Shown in pieces: positions 19,024 through 28,690 of a DNA stretch of 64,000 bases. The DNA is taken from contig JACPGI010000004.1 of assembly GCA_016182565.1 (NCBI GenBank), positions 174,775-238,774 of the forward strand, read 5' to 3'. Made by a program: the position numbers and the translations under genes. The notes beneath the pieces are model-generated. The model saw nothing but the letters and a program-made list of their open reading frames with translations. It ran no database searches and was not told the DNA's origin. This DNA comes from a candidate division WWE3 bacterium. Its GTDB lineage: Bacteria > Patescibacteriota > WWE3 > UBA101185 > UBA10185. Position 1 is the stretch's first letter. Every line of letters starts with the position of its first letter.

Positions 19024-20091
19024 TTATTTTTGAGCCAGCCCTTTATTTATTAACCCAACTATCTCAGGACCCTCAAAGATAAGCCCGGTTATCATCTGGA
19101 TCAGATCAGCACCAGCCTCAAGTTTAGACTTAGCGTCTTTCACATTAAAAACACCACCACACCCTATGATTACGATATCTCTCCTATACATCCTCCTATA
19201 TCTTTTAATCCAATAATTAGAGTTTTCAAATGTTGGAAGACCGCTCAAGTTACCAGCTAGTCCTTTCATCTTTTTTAGGTCATCAGGATGAATATATTTA
19301 CTTTTTCTATCCTTTGCTAAATTAGAAAAAATAAAATTCTTTATTCCGTGTGAAAAGGCAATTTCTACAAGTTTATCCATCACCACCTCATCTCCCTCAT
19401 TTGGCATTTTAATGAATAATGGTTTATTTAATTCAAGAGCCAAAACTTCTTTTAGTAAACGTTCAAAGTTATTAGGATTCAAAAAGTTTTCAGTAAGACA
19501 GGTATTTGGACAACTTATATTAAGTTCATAATATTTTATATATGAATTTGTCTTTAGTTTTTTAAAACATTCAACATAATCTTGGATCGCCTTCTCAACA
19601 GTATCTATCACAGGCACATTACTACTCCCCACACTCACTCCAAACATAATATCTTTAAAAAATGGGTCATTTATTCTTTTAAGTAAGCTTTCTACCCCTT
19701 CAGATTTAAAACCTTTATTAACTAAAATAGATTTGGATTTTATAAGTCTTGTATATAAAGGTTTTACATTTCCACCATATGCTCTATTTGTAACTGTACC
19801 AATTGTTGCAAAACCAAAACCAACTGATGGCATTATTTTTGCAAGTTTGCCATCTGCATCAAAACCAGCTGAGAGCCCTATCGGATTTTTAAATTTTAGT
19901 CCAAAAAAGTTTTTTTCAAGTTTTGGATTTTCATAATAAAAAAGTAGTTTTGTGAAAAACCTTAAAAATGAAGAATTTCCTGCAATATTACCAAAAAAAG
20001 TCATGTAGTCGTGGACAAGATCAGGGCTAAATAGGAAAAGCACTGGTTTTGCTAGTTTTATGTAAAGAAGTCTGATAATCTGTGCTTTCAT
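19024..20091 (-). CDS. pyrD: Dihydroorotate dehydrogenase, class 2 architecture
   Basis: NPIGLSAGFD, GTVT, NKGF, LNISCPNT, IKMP, SN, GNLSG, IGCGGV, GADLIQ; N-terminal helical extension. Confidence 0.92.
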   Translation of the reverse strand: MKAQIIRLLYIKLAKPVLFLFSPDLVHDYMTFFGNIAGNSSFLRFFTKLLFYYENPKLEKNFFGLKFKNPIGLSAGFDADGKLAKIMPSVGFGFATIGTVTNRAYGGNVKPLYTRLIKSKSILVNKGFKSEGVESLLKRINDPFFKDIMFGVSVGSSNVPVIDTVEKAIQDYVECFKKLKTNSYIKYYELNISCPNTCLTENFLNPNNFERLLKEVLALELNKPLFIKMPNEGDEVVMDKLVEIAFSHGIKNFIFSNLAKDRKSKYIHPDDLKKMKGLAGNLSGLPTFENSNYWIKRYRRMYRRDIVIIGCGGVFNVKDAKSKLEAGADLIQMITGLIFEGPEIVGLINKGLAQK

Positions 20092-20191
20092 AGATAGAAT
20101 TCTACACCAGTAAAGCTAGCTAGTGTTATACTAAACAAGCCTTTTATACCTAGCATAACTTATGTATAATGGCACCTGTTTAAGGTCATTT

Positions 20192-20266
20192 GGGGGCGTA
20201 GCTCAGTGGTAGAGCATCTGGCTTTTAACCAGAGTGTCGTGAGTCCGATTCTCACCGCCCTCACCA
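20192..20266 (+). tRNA. tRNA-Lys(UUU)
   Basis: GGGGGCGTAGCTCAGTGGTAGAGC, TCTGG-CT-TTT-AA-CCAGA, ends ACCA; T-loop reads TCCGATT. Confidence 0.93.
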
Positions 20267-20391
20267 AGTAATATACCACTATAAAATAGAGGGCATTCTT
20301 GACTACACAGTAAATTCCATGTAACACTTTTCTAAATTAGCCTAAATTTGTCTATAATCCAAAATCTAAATAATAATCGGGAAGGTGAGAA

Positions 20392-20730
20392 ATGGAACCC
20401 TGGGAAAAAAATGCATTGGCCGAAGTAGAACAGGAATTGGCTCAGGATTTGTACAGAAATTTACTGGAAAATCTTAGATTACATGAGTTTATCTCAAAAT
20501 CAAACGGTCGAAATAGAAAACGTCGAAAGCGTTCACGTGAAGTTGTTCTTGTGAGCACTGGAAGAAAAACCATATCTATAAATGGGAAATTAACAAAGAG
20601 GGTAGAATATCTATTACAAGACTACTTTCCAGAACCAGAGCGGGGGATAAATGGGGAAGATTGGGTACAACAATTTCTTACCCAGTTAAGAAATGCTGAA
20701 AGAATTAGACCAAAATCAAGAAAGTCTTAA
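20392..20730 (+). CDS. Basic hypothetical protein (ORFan)
   Basis: GGAAGGTGA SD, upstream TATAAT, 3' hairpin 20733-20766. Confidence 0.65.
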   Translation: MEPWEKNALAEVEQELAQDLYRNLLENLRLHEFISKSNGRNRKRRKRSREVVLVSTGRKTISINGKLTKRVEYLLQDYFPEPERGINGEDWVQQFLTQLRNAERIRPKSRKS

Positions 20731-20732
20731 TT

Positions 20733-20766
20733 TGAAACTTCGGTAAATAAAAACACTGAAGTTTCA
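20733..20766 (+). terminator. Hairpin after the 20392 ORF
   Basis: TGAAACTTCGGT-10 nt-ACTGAAGTTTCA. Confidence 0.55.
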
Positions 20767-20841
20767 TAATTATACTAAGTTATAGGAGCTTAAACATAGT
20801 TTTAGATATAGAAATGAAATTCATCCTACTATCGATGTATA

Positions 20842-21204
20842 ATGTTTTGTGTGGGAGATTATTCAACCAAAACTGCATTAAATAATGTAAAATGCCAATT
20901 TTGCCATAAAGAAATTACACAAAATAGTTTATATTGTGCATTCTGTGGCCAAAAACAAGAAAACACAAATATCCCACTCTCGACAGCAGAAAAAATAAAG
21001 ATCTATACTATCACGGTACTTCTTGCACCTATTGGGCTTTATTGGTTTTTTAAATATTACAAAAGTACATCAAATGATAAGAGAAATACTGCTTACTGGG
21101 TGCTTGGAATAACTATTGCAGTAATTGTTTTGACCTTATACATCAGCGCTGATTTTTATAGAGGACTTAGCTTGTACGAAACTTCGATCCCTAATTTGTA
21201 TTAA
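20842..21204 (+). CDS. Zinc-ribbon membrane protein
   Basis: CQFC...CAFCG followed by two TM helices. Confidence 0.75.
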   Translation: MFCVGDYSTKTALNNVKCQFCHKEITQNSLYCAFCGQKQENTNIPLSTAEKIKIYTITVLLAPIGLYWFFKYYKSTSNDKRNTAYWVLGITIAVIVLTLYISADFYRGLSLYETSIPNLY

Positions 21205-21640
21205 GATTTAGCGCCTTAGCAGCTTTTTGAATTTCAGCTACTATCGAATTTTTTTCAGAATCTGTAAGTAGCGTTCTATCTTCAAAATTTATACTTATAT
21301 CTTCAATTCTAGCGTTTGGTATGATGTTGAAATGTAGATGGGCTACACTCTTTGACTGGGCTTTGCCATCTCTAAGTAATAAAGTACAGTCATTATGTCC
21401 CAAATTACCAAGACACTTTATTCCCAAAACTACAAGTTCGAGACACTTCACATGCTCATCCCAAGTTAGATCACACATATATTCAACATGTCTTTTTGGA
21501 ATAACTAAAATATGATGTTTATGATATGGAGAGATTGAGTAAGTCAAAAACGCAAAATTATTTTCAAATATTTTTCTTGCCCCTACCCCCTCACAAAAAG
21601 TACAAGTTGTAATTGTAGTTAAATACTCCTTATATTTCAT
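21191..21640 (-). CDS. HIT-family nucleotide hydrolase (HxHxN variant)
   Basis: CTFC, HILVIPKRHV, VAHLHFNII. Confidence 0.88.
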   Translation of the reverse strand: MKYKEYLTTITTCTFCEGVGARKIFENNFAFLTYSISPYHKHHILVIPKRHVEYMCDLTWDEHVKCLELVVLGIKCLGNLGHNDCTLLLRDGKAQSKSVAHLHFNIIPNARIEDISINFEDRTLLTDSEKNSIVAEIQKAAKALNLNTN

Positions 21641-21724
21641 CCATATAAGTGTAGCTTAAAAAAATAGTTGTAACATATAGTTTGTTGTTTACATCTCTAA
21701 TGCCCACATATAAACTTAAAAAAT

Positions 21725-22339
21725 ATGTATATAGTATTTGAAGGCGTTATTGGAACCGGTAAAACAACACAATCAAAAAAATATCTTGATTATTTGAAAA
21801 ATAAATTTCCCCAAAAACAGATTGTTTGGACTAGAGAACCTGGAGGTGATGAAATAGCTGACTCAATAAGAAAACTAGCCCAATCAATAAAATTTGAACA
21901 AGAGATGGTACCTATTTGTGAAGCTTATTTATATGCCGCCTCTAGAGCACAGGCTTTAAGAACTATAGCCCAACCAGTCTTAGATGCTGGTGGGATTGTA
22001 ATATCAGATAGAAATTTTCTATCATCACTTACTAACCAAGCGTACGGGAGAGACTTAAGCTTTGATACTGTATTATCCATAAACAAAGAGGCAATTTCTG
22101 GATTTATGCCAGATAAAATCGTATTTTTAGATCTACCTATAAGGGAAGGAATTCAAAGAAGTTTTGATAAAGACGGTGATAAATTTGAAAGTCTTGGAGA
22201 AGATTTTTATGAGCTGGTATATCAAGGCTATAAAGAAATAAGCATTCGGGATGAATTTAAAGATTGTTGGATTAACATAGACGCTAAGGGTTCTACCGAT
22301 GAGGTCTATGCAAGAATAGTCAAATCGCTTAAACTATAA
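21725..22339 (+). CDS. tmk: Thymidylate kinase
   Basis: VFEGVIGTGKTTQ, TREPGG, LYAASRAQ, ISDR. Confidence 0.95.
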   Translation: MYIVFEGVIGTGKTTQSKKYLDYLKNKFPQKQIVWTREPGGDEIADSIRKLAQSIKFEQEMVPICEAYLYAASRAQALRTIAQPVLDAGGIVISDRNFLSSLTNQAYGRDLSFDTVLSINKEAISGFMPDKIVFLDLPIREGIQRSFDKDGDKFESLGEDFYELVYQGYKEISIRDEFKDCWINIDAKGSTDEVYARIVKSLKL

Positions 22340-22359
22340 TCCTGTTGTATAAATGGTTG

Positions 22360-22746
22360 TTATTTGGTTAGATCTTTTGGTTCTTTGATTTTTAAAGCAG
22401 CACGGCCTATTTTATCTCGTAGGTAATAGAGCTTAGCTCTTCTCACAGCACCTCTTTTAACAACTGCAACAGATTCGATATTTGGAGAAAATTTAGGAAA
22501 TATTCGTTCAACACCAATCCCATCATTTCCAATTCTTCTTACAGTAAATGTCTTTGAAATGCCCGCGTTTTTCTTTGCTATCACAATACCCTCAAATGGC
22601 TGGATTCTAAAAGACTCGCCCTCTTTAATCTTATAGTTTACTTTTACTGTGTCGCCTACATTAAACTCACTTGTTTTTGGAAGTGCATTTTGTGAGACTA
22701 TACCAGGATTATCTTGTGTTTTTTCTTGTGTGATTGTGTCAGTCAT
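22360..22746 (-). CDS. rplS: 50S ribosomal protein L19
   Basis: [30 protein letters not shown]. Confidence 0.98.
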   Translation of the reverse strand: MTDTITQEKTQDNPGIVSQNALPKTSEFNVGDTVKVNYKIKEGESFRIQPFEGIVIAKKNAGISKTFTVRRIGNDGIGVERIFPKFSPNIESVAVVKRGAVRRAKLYYLRDKIGRAALKIKEPKDLTK

Positions 22747-22890
22747 ATGCTTAAATTTTTAGTTTGAAGGCCTTTTTGGCTTTCTAACCTAGTGAGATTA
22801 CCAAATCTTTGGCAGTTTTTCAAGTTATTGCTCCAAGTTAGGCTTTCAAACCATTAATATGCTATAGGATAAAGATTTGGGTGGGGATTT

Positions 22891-24990
22891 TTAATGTGCA
22901 GCTACCATTGCTTTACTTAAAACATCAATCTTAATTTTTGTAGGTGTTGCTGTGATCTTGGCATTTCCGCCATCTTCTAAATCCCCCTTTATCATAAGGG
23001 TTGATAACTCATTTTCAATCTCTTTCTGTATTAATCTTTTAATCGGTCTAGCACCATACTCTTCACTATACCCCTTTTCTACAAGATACTTCTGGGCCTT
23101 CTTATCAAAAGATACTGTAATTGCATGATCTTTAAGAAGTTTTTCTACCTTTTTAAGTTCAAGTACTGCAATTTTTTCAACCTCGTCTTTAGTAAGACCT
23201 TTAAAGAAAATTACCTCGTCTAGTCTATTTAAAAATTCGGGCTTAAATTTATCTTTTAGTGCCTTTTCTATAATTCTTTCGATTTCAAAATCTCCAACAT
23301 TCTTTTTTGTACCACCCTCTCTATCAAACCCAATTTCAGATTTTCTTAATTGTTCTGAGCCTATGTTTGATGTCATTATTATAATTGTATTTTTAAAGTC
23401 AACCGTTCGACCTTTACTGTCAGTCATACGCCCATCTTCCATTATTTGAAGCATTGAGTTAAACACATCAGGATGAGCTTTCTCTATCTCATCAAGAAGC
23501 ACAACAGAAAACGGTTTTCTTCTTACTATTTCAGTTAACTGACCACCATCATCAAATCCAATATATCCAGGAGGAGACCCAATCATTTTTGAAACTGAGT
23601 GTTTTTCCATATACTCACTCATATCAAGTCTTACAATCATGTCTTCATTCCCATATAAAACCTCTGCTAAAGCTTTTGAAAGCTCAGTCTTACCAACTCC
23701 AGTTGGGCCTAAAAATAAAAAGGTGCCAATAGGACGTTTTGGATCTTTAAGTCCTGTTCGAGCCCTTCTTATAGCCTCTGACACCCTAGAAACTGCCTGA
23801 TCTTGTCCTATGATCCTGTCGTGTAAAAGACTCTCAAGCTTCATTAAACGATCCTTTTCGATCATGCTCAGGTCCTCTACCGGAATACCCGTCATTCGAG
23901 CAATTACCTTAGCTACATCTATTCGTGTGACATCTGGAATCTCCTCAAGTTTTGTTTTAGTCCAAATTTCCACAAGGTCAACTTTGACTTTTTCAAGATC
24001 CTCAGTTTTTTTGATTAGTTTAGCTTTTTCTTCATCAGATAAGCCCTTCTTTCTAAGCTCAGACTTAAGCATCACAAGCTCATCTTCAACCTGTTTTAAA
24101 TTTTCCGGTTCCTTTACTTGAGAAAGTCTAACTTGAGCTGAAGCCTCATCAATAACATCAATTGCCTTATCAGGCAAAAACCTATCATTAATATATCTTT
24201 CAGAAAGTTTTACAGCTTGTTCTATGGCTTCGTCTGTTATTTTTACTTGATGATGGGATTCGTAGCGATCTCGAAGGCCTTTTAATATAGAAACTGTGTC
24301 TTCAGTATTTGGCTCTTTGACGATAATGTGCTGAAATCTTCTTTCGAGTGCCGCGTCTTTTTCAATGTGCTTTCGATACTCATCAATTGTAGTTGCACCA
24401 ACCATCTGCAACTCACCCCTAGCAAGCGCTGGTTTTAACATGTTAGCAGCATCAATTGCACCTTCTGCTGCACCAGCACCAACTATAGTATGAAGTTCAT
24501 CTAAAAATAATATGATCTGACCCTGCGCATCTACTACCTCTTGGATAATTTCTTTGAGTCTACTTTCAAACATCCCTCGATGGGAAGTTCCTGCAATAAT
24601 GGAAGCAAGGTCAAGTGCAAATACTCTTTTGCCTCGTAGTGGTTCAGGAACTTGACCATTTACTATCTTTTGGGCAAGGCCTTCAGCAATTGCAGTTTTG
24701 CCAACTCCCGGATCACCTATTAGCACTGGGTTATTTTTTGTTCTTCTGGAAAGTATATGAATAACGCGCTCAATTTCCTCTTTACGGCCGATGACTGGAT
24801 CAAGCTTACCCGCTTTTGCCATATCCGTAAGATCGCGTCCAAACTTGCCAAGTGTAGAAGTCTTTTGTGTCTGTTCTTGAATTTCGTTGTAGCAAACCTC
24901 ACATAACGCCATATAAACCTGGCGTCCATCTACTATTCTGTTTGTTGAAATTACTGCAGGTCTTTGACCGCATCTGTGGCATATAACCAT
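22891..24990 (-). CDS. ClpC/ClpE-type AAA+ chaperone with N-terminal Cys4 zinc-binding domain
   Basis: CHRC...CEVC N-domain; [40 protein letters not shown] ClpP-docking loop. Confidence 0.93.
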   Translation of the reverse strand: MVICHRCGQRPAVISTNRIVDGRQVYMALCEVCYNEIQEQTQKTSTLGKFGRDLTDMAKAGKLDPVIGRKEEIERVIHILSRRTKNNPVLIGDPGVGKTAIAEGLAQKIVNGQVPEPLRGKRVFALDLASIIAGTSHRGMFESRLKEIIQEVVDAQGQIILFLDELHTIVGAGAAEGAIDAANMLKPALARGELQMVGATTIDEYRKHIEKDAALERRFQHIIVKEPNTEDTVSILKGLRDRYESHHQVKITDEAIEQAVKLSERYINDRFLPDKAIDVIDEASAQVRLSQVKEPENLKQVEDELVMLKSELRKKGLSDEEKAKLIKKTEDLEKVKVDLVEIWTKTKLEEIPDVTRIDVAKVIARMTGIPVEDLSMIEKDRLMKLESLLHDRIIGQDQAVSRVSEAIRRARTGLKDPKRPIGTFLFLGPTGVGKTELSKALAEVLYGNEDMIVRLDMSEYMEKHSVSKMIGSPPGYIGFDDGGQLTEIVRRKPFSVVLLDEIEKAHPDVFNSMLQIMEDGRMTDSKGRTVDFKNTIIIMTSNIGSEQLRKSEIGFDREGGTKKNVGDFEIERIIEKALKDKFKPEFLNRLDEVIFFKGLTKDEVEKIAVLELKKVEKLLKDHAITVSFDKKAQKYLVEKGYSEEYGARPIKRLIQKEIENELSTLMIKGDLEDGGNAKITATPTKIKIDVLSKAMVAAH

Positions 24991-25008
24991 TTTTAAATGT
25001 TAGCGTGT

Positions 25009-25035
25009 TTAGCACTCTTAGTCAATGAGTGATTA
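25009..25035. promoter_or_regulatory. CIRCE (HrcA operator) overlapping the clp promoter
   Basis: TTAGCACTC-N9-GAGTGATTA vs consensus TTAGCACTC-N9-GAGTGCTAA; on the minus strand TTGACT-17-TAACAT lies 6 nt before the ATG. Confidence 0.8.
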
Positions 25036-25076
25036 GCTATTTTAAAAACTTGTATGTGTTTTATCTGGTAATAGCT

Positions 25077-26909
25077 TTAATGTTCCCAAACATCGCCTAT
25101 AAACGGCTCCGCAATAACTGGTACCTCTTTGATAAAAAGTTCGCCAGCTTTTTCCATCTCTTCTTTTTGAATTGGGCCCCACATCTCAGCTTGATCTTCT
25201 CTAACCTCACAAACTATTTCGTCATGAACAGTTAGAATAATTCTCGCATCAACTTTTTCTTTGGCAATCCTATCTTTAAGAAAGACTAAAGCATATTTAA
25301 CAGCATCGGCATTTGTCCCTTGAATCGGATGGTTTTTTGCCTGCCTTTGTATAGAGGAAATTTTACGTTTATATTCAGGGTCGGTTTTTACTGGCCTGTC
25401 ATACCATCTTTTTCTTCCCGCCGGTGTCATACTCCAACCAACTTGTACTGCTTTTGTTGCGGAAGATTCTAAGTACTCTTTAACCTTAGGAAAGGCATTA
25501 AAGTAATTTTTCATATATTCCTCTCCCACTTCTTTTGTAACTCCTATTTGGGTTGCAAGTCCAGCAGGACCCATACCGTACATCAATCCAAACCCGATTG
25601 CTTTTGCAGCTTGGCGCAGTTCGGGATATTTTTTCTTAAAATCATCAGCATATTCCTTGTTAAACATTAGTGCCGCAGTAAAAGAGTGCATGTCAAAACC
25701 CTCTTTCATACCTTTTATCATCTGGGGGTCTTTAGAAAGATCAGCAAGAATTCGCATTTCAAATGAAGAGTAATCTGCTGTCACAAGCTTATAACCTGGT
25801 TCAGAATTAAAACATTCCCTAAACGGAGCTTCTTTAGAGTTTCTAGGAATCTGCTGTAAGTTTGGATTAGAACAAGCAAATCTACCTGTTGCTGTACGTA
25901 ATTGTTGAAAATCCGGATGAAGTCTATGGGTCACTGGATTTACCTTTTCAAGTAAACTTTCACCAAAAGCAGAAATTAATTTTTCAAAGCCGCGATATTC
26001 TAAAAGCTTTTTAGCAATAGGGTGTTGCAGAGTTGATAAAATTTCTACTCCGGTAGATGGCACATTCAAACCTAATTTATTATTTAAAAGATCCAAAAGT
26101 TGGACATTGCTGTTTAAATTAATAGCGTCCCCATATCCATCACTTGTAAACATATCCATCTGATTTACGGGATAATAAGGACGGATCACATCTTGGAATT
26201 CTTTAGCCACAAGGTCGCGTTTAGTCGAAAGTTCACTAATAATTGATCGCCACTTTGTAACATCTATGTAAATACCATTTAGTTCCATATCCCCAACCAC
26301 AGTCGTTGTAGCAAATTCTAGTTTTGCTATTTTTATTAGATTTTCTTTTTGAAGAAGGGGCCACTGTTTGTTAAACACCGGAAATAAAACTAAAGTATCC
26401 ATAGCACCATATGCTAACTGTTCCTGTGTGAATACTGAACCCTTATGTAACTTTTCAAAAGTTTTTCGAATACTTTTATCAAGATCTATATTTACATACT
26501 TTCTTACAATTGTAAGAAGTCCAAGTTGTGTGCCAAGCCCAGCAGTTAAAATTGCTTCAGCAAGCATAGTGTCATAGATATTGTTGATTTCTATTTTTAG
26601 TTGAATTTTTATCATTTTGTAATCGAATTTTCCGTTTTGAAGAAGCTTTAAAATTTTTGGGTTTTCAAGTAGGCTTTTAAGTCGCGGGTTTTCTTTTAAA
26701 TTAAGGAGTCTGGCATCAAAAATGTAGCTTATTTCTTCGGTGCCTATCTGGACAATTAGAAGAAGTGCGGTATACGGGTCAAGTCCGGTAGATTCGATAT
26801 CAACTGCAATTATTGGCTCTTTTTCAAGAAGTGCTATAGCATTTTCAAACGCGTCGGGAGTAGTAATATACTCATATTTTGGTTTTTCTGGATCAAATTT
26901 TAATTCCAC
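25077..26909 (-). CDS. polA: Family A DNA polymerase (3'-5' exonuclease + polymerase, no 5'-3' nuclease domain)
   Basis: VDIESTGLD, DTMLA, TATGRFACSNPNLQQIP, ADYSSFEMR, RQAAKAIGFGLMYG, IQGTNAD, VHDE. Confidence 0.93.
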   Translation of the reverse strand: MELKFDPEKPKYEYITTPDAFENAIALLEKEPIIAVDIESTGLDPYTALLLIVQIGTEEISYIFDARLLNLKENPRLKSLLENPKILKLLQNGKFDYKMIKIQLKIEINNIYDTMLAEAILTAGLGTQLGLLTIVRKYVNIDLDKSIRKTFEKLHKGSVFTQEQLAYGAMDTLVLFPVFNKQWPLLQKENLIKIAKLEFATTTVVGDMELNGIYIDVTKWRSIISELSTKRDLVAKEFQDVIRPYYPVNQMDMFTSDGYGDAINLNSNVQLLDLLNNKLGLNVPSTGVEILSTLQHPIAKKLLEYRGFEKLISAFGESLLEKVNPVTHRLHPDFQQLRTATGRFACSNPNLQQIPRNSKEAPFRECFNSEPGYKLVTADYSSFEMRILADLSKDPQMIKGMKEGFDMHSFTAALMFNKEYADDFKKKYPELRQAAKAIGFGLMYGMGPAGLATQIGVTKEVGEEYMKNYFNAFPKVKEYLESSATKAVQVGWSMTPAGRKRWYDRPVKTDPEYKRKISSIQRQAKNHPIQGTNADAVKYALVFLKDRIAKEKVDARIILTVHDEIVCEVREDQAEMWGPIQKEEMEKAGELFIKEVPVIAEPFIGDVWEH

Positions 26910-26961
26910 AGGTGAATTGTAATGAATATAATAAGAAACTAAAAGAGATTAGTAAAAATAC

Positions 26962-28290
26962 TTATTTTAATCTCCCAATGAGTAAGTCTCGAACAACTAG
27001 CGCATCAGCAGTTCCTTTACTTTTTTTCATCACTTGTCCAACTAGAAACTCTATTACGCTAATTTTTCCTAATTTATACTGAGACACAACTCCGGAGTTC
27101 TCTTGAACAACACTTTTTATGATTTCATCAAGATCTGCACTATCAATAGATTTACTATTTGTTTCCTGCATTTTTTTTATAAAATCCTGAGAACTTAGCT
27201 CTCGATACTCCTGTTTATTAATTAATAAATTGGCTACTTTTTCCGGCTCTAAATTGTTGGAACAAAGTTCCTCGAATCTATTAAGTAATTCTAGTCCCTG
27301 ACCTTTAGTCAAAAAGTCAGCATTTTTTACTGAAAGACTATATTCACTAACTAATCTTGTTTTTATTTTGGACGGAAGTTCCGGTAACTCCTCTCTTAGC
27401 TGTTCAAAATAGTCTTCATCGAAAACCATTGGTGGAATATCGGGTTCCGGAAAATACCTATAATCGTGTGCATCTTCTTTGCCTCGTTGGCTAATCGTCA
27501 AATTTTTGTCTTCATCATAACCTCTGTTTTCTTGTATTGGTTGAGAGCCATTTTCAAGTAAACCCCTTTGTCTTATAATCTCGGCCTTCACAGCCTTTTC
27601 CATAAACTTAAACGAATTTATATTTTTAATTTCCACTTTGTATGTTGGAATTTTTCCTTCTCTTTCCATTTCAGTAGTTCTTAAAGATATATTAGCCTCA
27701 AGACGCATTTGACCTTTTTCCATATCCCCATCAGCAATACCTAGTATACGAATCGCATCTTGTATTCTTTTTGAAAACTCCACCGCATCATCAATTGTTT
27801 TAAATGTAGGTTTAGTGACTATTTCTACAAGTGGCATTCCTGACTTATTAAAATCAATTAATGTTTTGTCTACTTTGTGCATTGATTTTGCGGTATCTTC
27901 TTCCAAGTGAATTCGCTCAATATCTGCTTTTTGACCGGAGGACAACTCTATAAAACCACTTTCGCAAAAAGGTTGTTGATACTGACTTATTTGATACCCC
28001 TTTGGTAAATCTGGGTAAGAGTAGTGTTTCCTATCAAATCTTGTATGTTCATTTAAACTACATCCTAAAGCCAAACCAAGAAGTTGTGTTTTACGAACTG
28101 CCTCAAAGTTTGGTATCGGTAAAGCACCGGGTAATCCTAAACAAACTGGGCAAGTGTGGCTGTTTGGAGCTGAATCATATATTTTTGCATCACAATAACA
28201 AAACATTTTAGTTTTTGTTTTTAAATGTAAATGAATTTCAAGTCCTAGGACTAACCTATATTCACCTAAAAGTTTTTCTAAATCTGTCAT
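26962..28290 (-). CDS. gatB: Asp/Glu-tRNA amidotransferase subunit B
   Basis: GLEIH, CPVCLGLPGALP, YPDLPKGYQISQ, HLEED, DYRYFPEPD. Confidence 0.98.
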   Translation of the reverse strand: MTDLEKLLGEYRLVLGLEIHLHLKTKTKMFCYCDAKIYDSAPNSHTCPVCLGLPGALPIPNFEAVRKTQLLGLALGCSLNEHTRFDRKHYSYPDLPKGYQISQYQQPFCESGFIELSSGQKADIERIHLEEDTAKSMHKVDKTLIDFNKSGMPLVEIVTKPTFKTIDDAVEFSKRIQDAIRILGIADGDMEKGQMRLEANISLRTTEMEREGKIPTYKVEIKNINSFKFMEKAVKAEIIRQRGLLENGSQPIQENRGYDEDKNLTISQRGKEDAHDYRYFPEPDIPPMVFDEDYFEQLREELPELPSKIKTRLVSEYSLSVKNADFLTKGQGLELLNRFEELCSNNLEPEKVANLLINKQEYRELSSQDFIKKMQETNSKSIDSADLDEIIKSVVQENSGVVSQYKLGKISVIEFLVGQVMKKSKGTADALVVRDLLIGRLK

Positions 28291-28293
28291 ATT

Positions 28294-28689
28294 TTAGACC
28301 CATAAAGTAACTCCCAACTGTTCGACTGCGTTTTTAAGAGTGTCTATAGCCTCTTCTAATAAATAATAACTGGGTTCATATCCTGATTCGTGCACTAAGG
28401 CGTTTCTTGTTTTATGTGCATTCCATATACGATTGTAGGTATCTTGATCGAATCTGGTTTTTGCATTTTTTAATCTTTCTCCCATAGTTTCACCATCAAA
28501 TAAATCACGCATAACATTATCCAAAGTTTTGTCCGCAGAAATAAGAGCTTGGCGAAGTTGGCTTGGACCCCCTTTTTTCTTCAAGGTTTCAATATTTTTC
28601 CACTCACGACACACAGCCTCTCTAGTCTGGAGTGTTAGATTTTTTGAGCCCCACAGATCAAGTCCAAATAAACTACTTAAAAAGCCCAT
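28294..28689 (-). CDS. Hypothetical helical protein with HEPN-like RxxxxH motif, between gatA and gatB
   Basis: Probable start ATG 28689 immediately after the gatA stop; ALISADK...GETMGERLK...AHKTRNALVHE. Confidence 0.75.
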   Translation of the reverse strand: MGFLSSLFGLDLWGSKNLTLQTREAVCREWKNIETLKKKGGPSQLRQALISADKTLDNVMRDLFDGETMGERLKNAKTRFDQDTYNRIWNAHKTRNALVHESGYEPSYYLLEEAIDTLKNAVEQLGVTLWV

Positions 28690-28690
28690 A

